A program made the position numbers and the translations under genes. Below, in pieces: positions 60,693 through 64,000 of a DNA stretch of 64,000 bases. Below the pieces are notes generated by a model. That model saw only the letters and a program-made list of their open reading frames with translations. It searched no databases and was not told where the DNA came from. Source of the DNA: Rhizodiscina lignyota (taxonomy: Eukaryota); NCBI GenBank assembly GCA_010015805.1, contig ML978123.1:1674001-1738000 (forward strand). The letters run 5' to 3'. The first letter of the stretch is position 1, and each line of letters starts with the position of its first letter.

Positions 60693-62528
60693 CTTTAATG
60701 ACGGAGTTTATGTTATGAGATACTCCTTCTGCTTCTTTGTCTCAGGGTGCCTGGGCAAGGTTGATACCCACCGGGGCTTATCGTATATTTCCGCGAGCGA
60801 TCCCAGAGATGCTAATCAGAGTAATTCCACTCTGTATGAGCATCGGCAAAAGCACAATCGCTGAGGGATCAAACTTGGCATACAACAGCAAGAACAATGC
60901 TCAAAAGATGAAACGACCTTGGGAGTGTTGCTATCGTCTGAATCTCACGAATGCTTGAAATCACGATCTTGCACTCAACCACATCCGGTATAGCGCAAGT
61001 CCTTCCGGGGGATAAAGTGGAAGGAGGAAGTCGCATCCGATCTCCTCAGTTCATTCTCATATCCACCTTAGTTCGTTCTCAAATTCAGTTATTTCCGTCC
61101 ATCTCACTCTCTGTAGATTAGTGTATTTCATTACGGATCGTATAGGAGAGTACATCTCCCTAGTCATTGATGTGGTCCGCGATCTATTGGAATCAACACC
61201 GGACTACTGGCGCCGCTGGCTCGTCGATAATACAAAAGCAAGACGAGCATTTCAGCAAGAACTGGATAACCTATGTACTTCTTCCTTTCATCCCCGCCGC
61301 TACTACTCTTATCGATCTTGCACATTGTGGCGACTAGTCACCCATCACTCCCAAACATCCTAAGTGGACAGACCGTAAGAATGCTACCTTCGTCGACGTT
61401 CCATTACCTAGCATACTACTGCTGAAGCGGATACTTTCACGAGGGTTCAGGAACAGTCATGATCGTGATTATCAAGAGTGTCAGAGAGGTGTTGAACGAA
61501 TGGTGATTGGAGAATTTTTAGAATTTTTATAGAATTCTTTTAGAAGAGAGCGAATCTTGGAATAAGCAGAGAATTGAGAGCGAGAAGGAGGAAAAGGAGT
61601 CAAAACTCTCAGACGCGTCGCGTCTGTGCCGTGGTGAATCTACACGCGTCGCTGCGGTCTAAGGAACGATCCCGACTTCTCCGAAAGCCACAGCCCTTCA
61701 TCTTCCTTGCGGATGAAGAATATGTACGAAATGCCCACGAAATGCTTTATTTCGTCCGTTAGCTTGCTATCAGCGTCGTGGCAGTTGACACTACCTAATG
61801 ACACAGATATGGCGATTATGGTGCAACCTTCCTGCCTTCTGTGGGAAGGTCGGGGACACGCTAACTATCGCTTCAGAATGATCTCGTACAGGCCCCATAT
61901 CTCGTGATGTACCCCACAATGATCGACGATCAGCATTTCTAGGGTGCCTTGACATCAGGGGAAATATACTCCAACCAGTTTTCATCCCTTCTACGTATTT
62001 CTTGTGACCACATTTCTCCCTTTCATCTTATATTTATTATACCGCTCTAGAATAAATCAGGTAAGTAAATCTATGCATACTTTTAAACAACCTATCATTT
62101 TCGCCCATAGAACTATCGTACTCATGTTTAAGGCACCAATACCGGCTGTTTTTCTCCAGGGTCTCCCGGCGCTGATGAGAGCAATCGCCTCTTTTTCACC
62201 GGGATCTGCACAGGATCTGCAGATCGTCCCATTTGGTCGATCGCTGGCTTATCCATGCAAGGTACACAGGTGGCGAGAATCGTATAAATTGTTTCAACAA
62301 TTAGAGTATCTGTTGTTCACGAATATGATTCGACATTGACATCCGCTGCCCTATCATCAGAATTAGCCTAATGAAACGGGAGAAGAGATGTAGTACAGAG
62401 TTGGGGGGCCATTAAGAAGTTGCGACGAAGTATAAGTAGCCCTCTCTGATTCTGTAAAGTTGAATTCCTCAAGTCCGCAAATTTTGCTTGAGTTCATTCC
62501 ACGTTTAAGAACGTACCGGTCTCCAAAC

Positions 62529-63161
62529 ATGTATACATTCGTTCTCCCAGTGTTCATCTGTTGTATTGTGCCAGTCTTCGCGGCCCCTCAGCCTAAGCCG
62601 TCTCTAACGTTGAATCTTGGACGCTCTGTATCTGTGTTGTAAGTCAAATTCATAATCAGCATCAATATTACCAATAACACTGCAAGCAGCGAGGCGGCAC
62701 CTAACAATCTTTTCAACCGCCAAAGCTTCCAATGCAATAACAACGACGCCATCGGCACGGTCTACTTCTCAGGTACCGACCCGAACCAGATCACCGCGTG
62801 CGGGGAGAAGTACGATCCGAATAGCGCGAGTGCCGCTGTGTGCACCAATTATCCACACCCAGGTGTCTCGGACTTAAAGGACCTCTGCGGCACAGAGATT
62901 CAGATCAATTCTCTTACGAACGGAGAGACAGTCTTCGTGACATACAATGACCTCAACGCAAACTGTGGACAGCCAGATGATCCGTACGGGCCTTCACAGC
63001 TGGATCTCTCGTATGTTTCATCTCGTTGAATACATGTCTACAGTGAACGTTACTGATGCAGCGTCAGGCCTGCGGCATATTCATCGCTTGGCGGCGTCGG
63101 AGAAAGCACGATAACAATTGATTGGAACTGGCAATTAACTGAGACATGCTTGCCAATATAA
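62529..63161 (+). CDS. Secreted expansin-like / RlpA-type double-psi beta-barrel protein
   Basis: Spliced by hand: signal MYTFVLPVFICCIVPVFA, then ..VYFSG..TACG...AAV...LCG.EIQI..GETVFV...LDLS|PAAYSSLGG...ITIDWNW. Introns ~62639-62689 and ~63011-63067. Confidence 0.75.
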
Positions 63162-63518
63162 TCACGCTTAGGTGTTGCCACCAAGGAAAGGACTACTGAA
63201 TAACTCCAGGTAGAAATAGCTGATGCGTTCGCAAACAGCATCGATGAGAAGCCGCATAAGTGGCGGTAGACACAGTGTTTGGCCAACCGGTAAATGTACT
63301 AAGACCGAATCGTCGATATCTCGCGAGCGCTACTAGCTTCCGTCATTAAATTACGGAGATAGTTTCATCTTCCTTGTCACGTTAATAAACGTATTGCGCA
63401 TCCTGTCTCGGCTTCGTCCACTTCGCGTGTTGTGAATAATGATGGCGTCGTTCTGAAACTCTATGTTCACCTACGCTCGCTGTATGAGTTGAACGCAGCA
63501 TCCAACGAGCGGGCAGCA

Positions 63519-64000
63519 CTATATTGTAATCTGCGTAATTCCGTCGATGTGCTTAAGGTAGAGGCCTGCTTGATGTGAGTTGATGCATAGAGAGGTTGAT
63601 ACGGGATACATACGGCCAACAGTCCAGCGCTTCCCAAAGCGTCGCAGATTAAAACGCAGCTCATCAAGGTCCTCGTCAGGTAGCTCATGCCCACAAAGGC
63701 GAACCGACATGGCAGCAGCGCGCGATAAAGCGCAAAGAGCCACCACTGAGACTCCGTCGGCAGTCTCGTCACGTACCATGTAAGTTGCTGAGTTACACTG
63801 ATCACGGACCATACGCAACAGTGACTGCAGAAGCAGTTTCTCCTTTGAATGCACCTCCAGCTTTTCGGTGCTTGGATTCACTGTTTGTAAAGCAAGCAGG
63901 GCGCTTCCCAGTGGACGTGGTCAGTAAATGAATGTGATCGAGGACAAGGCACCTTACATGGCGGCAAGAGATGTACTATCACAGTATGTATATACATCCG
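63519..64000 (-). CDS. 3' part of a gene extending beyond the window (possibly a fungal TF C-terminus)
   Basis: Open frame with helical protein-like sequence ending ..LRFNLRRFGKRWTVG, similar in style to the L..f..RW ends of fungal TF domains. Exact end uncertain. Confidence 0.4.

Noticed and set aside
61512..61545. Heat-shock element
   Set aside because: GAA spacing (6, 8, 8 nt) does not fit nGAAn periodicity.
1..64000. CRISPR arrays, rRNA, autonomous transposons, PKS/NRPS genes
   Set aside because: No repeat-spacer arrays, rRNA-like sequence, or transposase/RT/synthase motifs were seen.

Overview
Gene-dense, intron-containing eukaryotic DNA (~50% GC, short GT-AG introns with CTRAC-type branch sites) from a filamentous ascomycete (Pezizomycotina, possibly Dothideomycetes; inferred from gene style only). 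About 28 protein-coding genes. Core genes (uS17m, TPS1, SEC24-family, RPL28, complex I 24-kDa subunit, PMR1, RAD21) are mixed with accessory genes: epoxide hydrolase, class-II glutamine amidotransferase, DUF1275, two Zn2Cys6 factors, a Dabb protein, an S53 peptidase, MFS transporters, an amidase next to a siderophore transporter, an Hsp70-fold ER protein, a CorA-like protein, a Cys-repeat secreted protein, a beta-lactamase-like hydrolase and an expansin-like protein. No rRNA, tRNA or CRISPR was found. Highlights: (1) the SEC24 C-terminus can only be made through a non-canonical GA-AG intron or by readthrough of an in-frame TGA-CTA stop. (2) A 223-bp PIF/Harbinger-type MITE has a TAA target-site duplication. 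(3) A malonamidase-like amidase is divergently paired with a siderophore transporter carrying tandem ATCTGATAA boxes. (4) A divergent NBD-only Hsp70-fold protein has a signal peptide and ends in KSEL. (5) The epoxide hydrolase has a 1-bp frameshift in its nucleophile motif. (6) A Ser/Thr-rich gene has an in-frame premature TGA. All family calls come from recalled motifs, not database searches, and exon boundaries were derived by hand.
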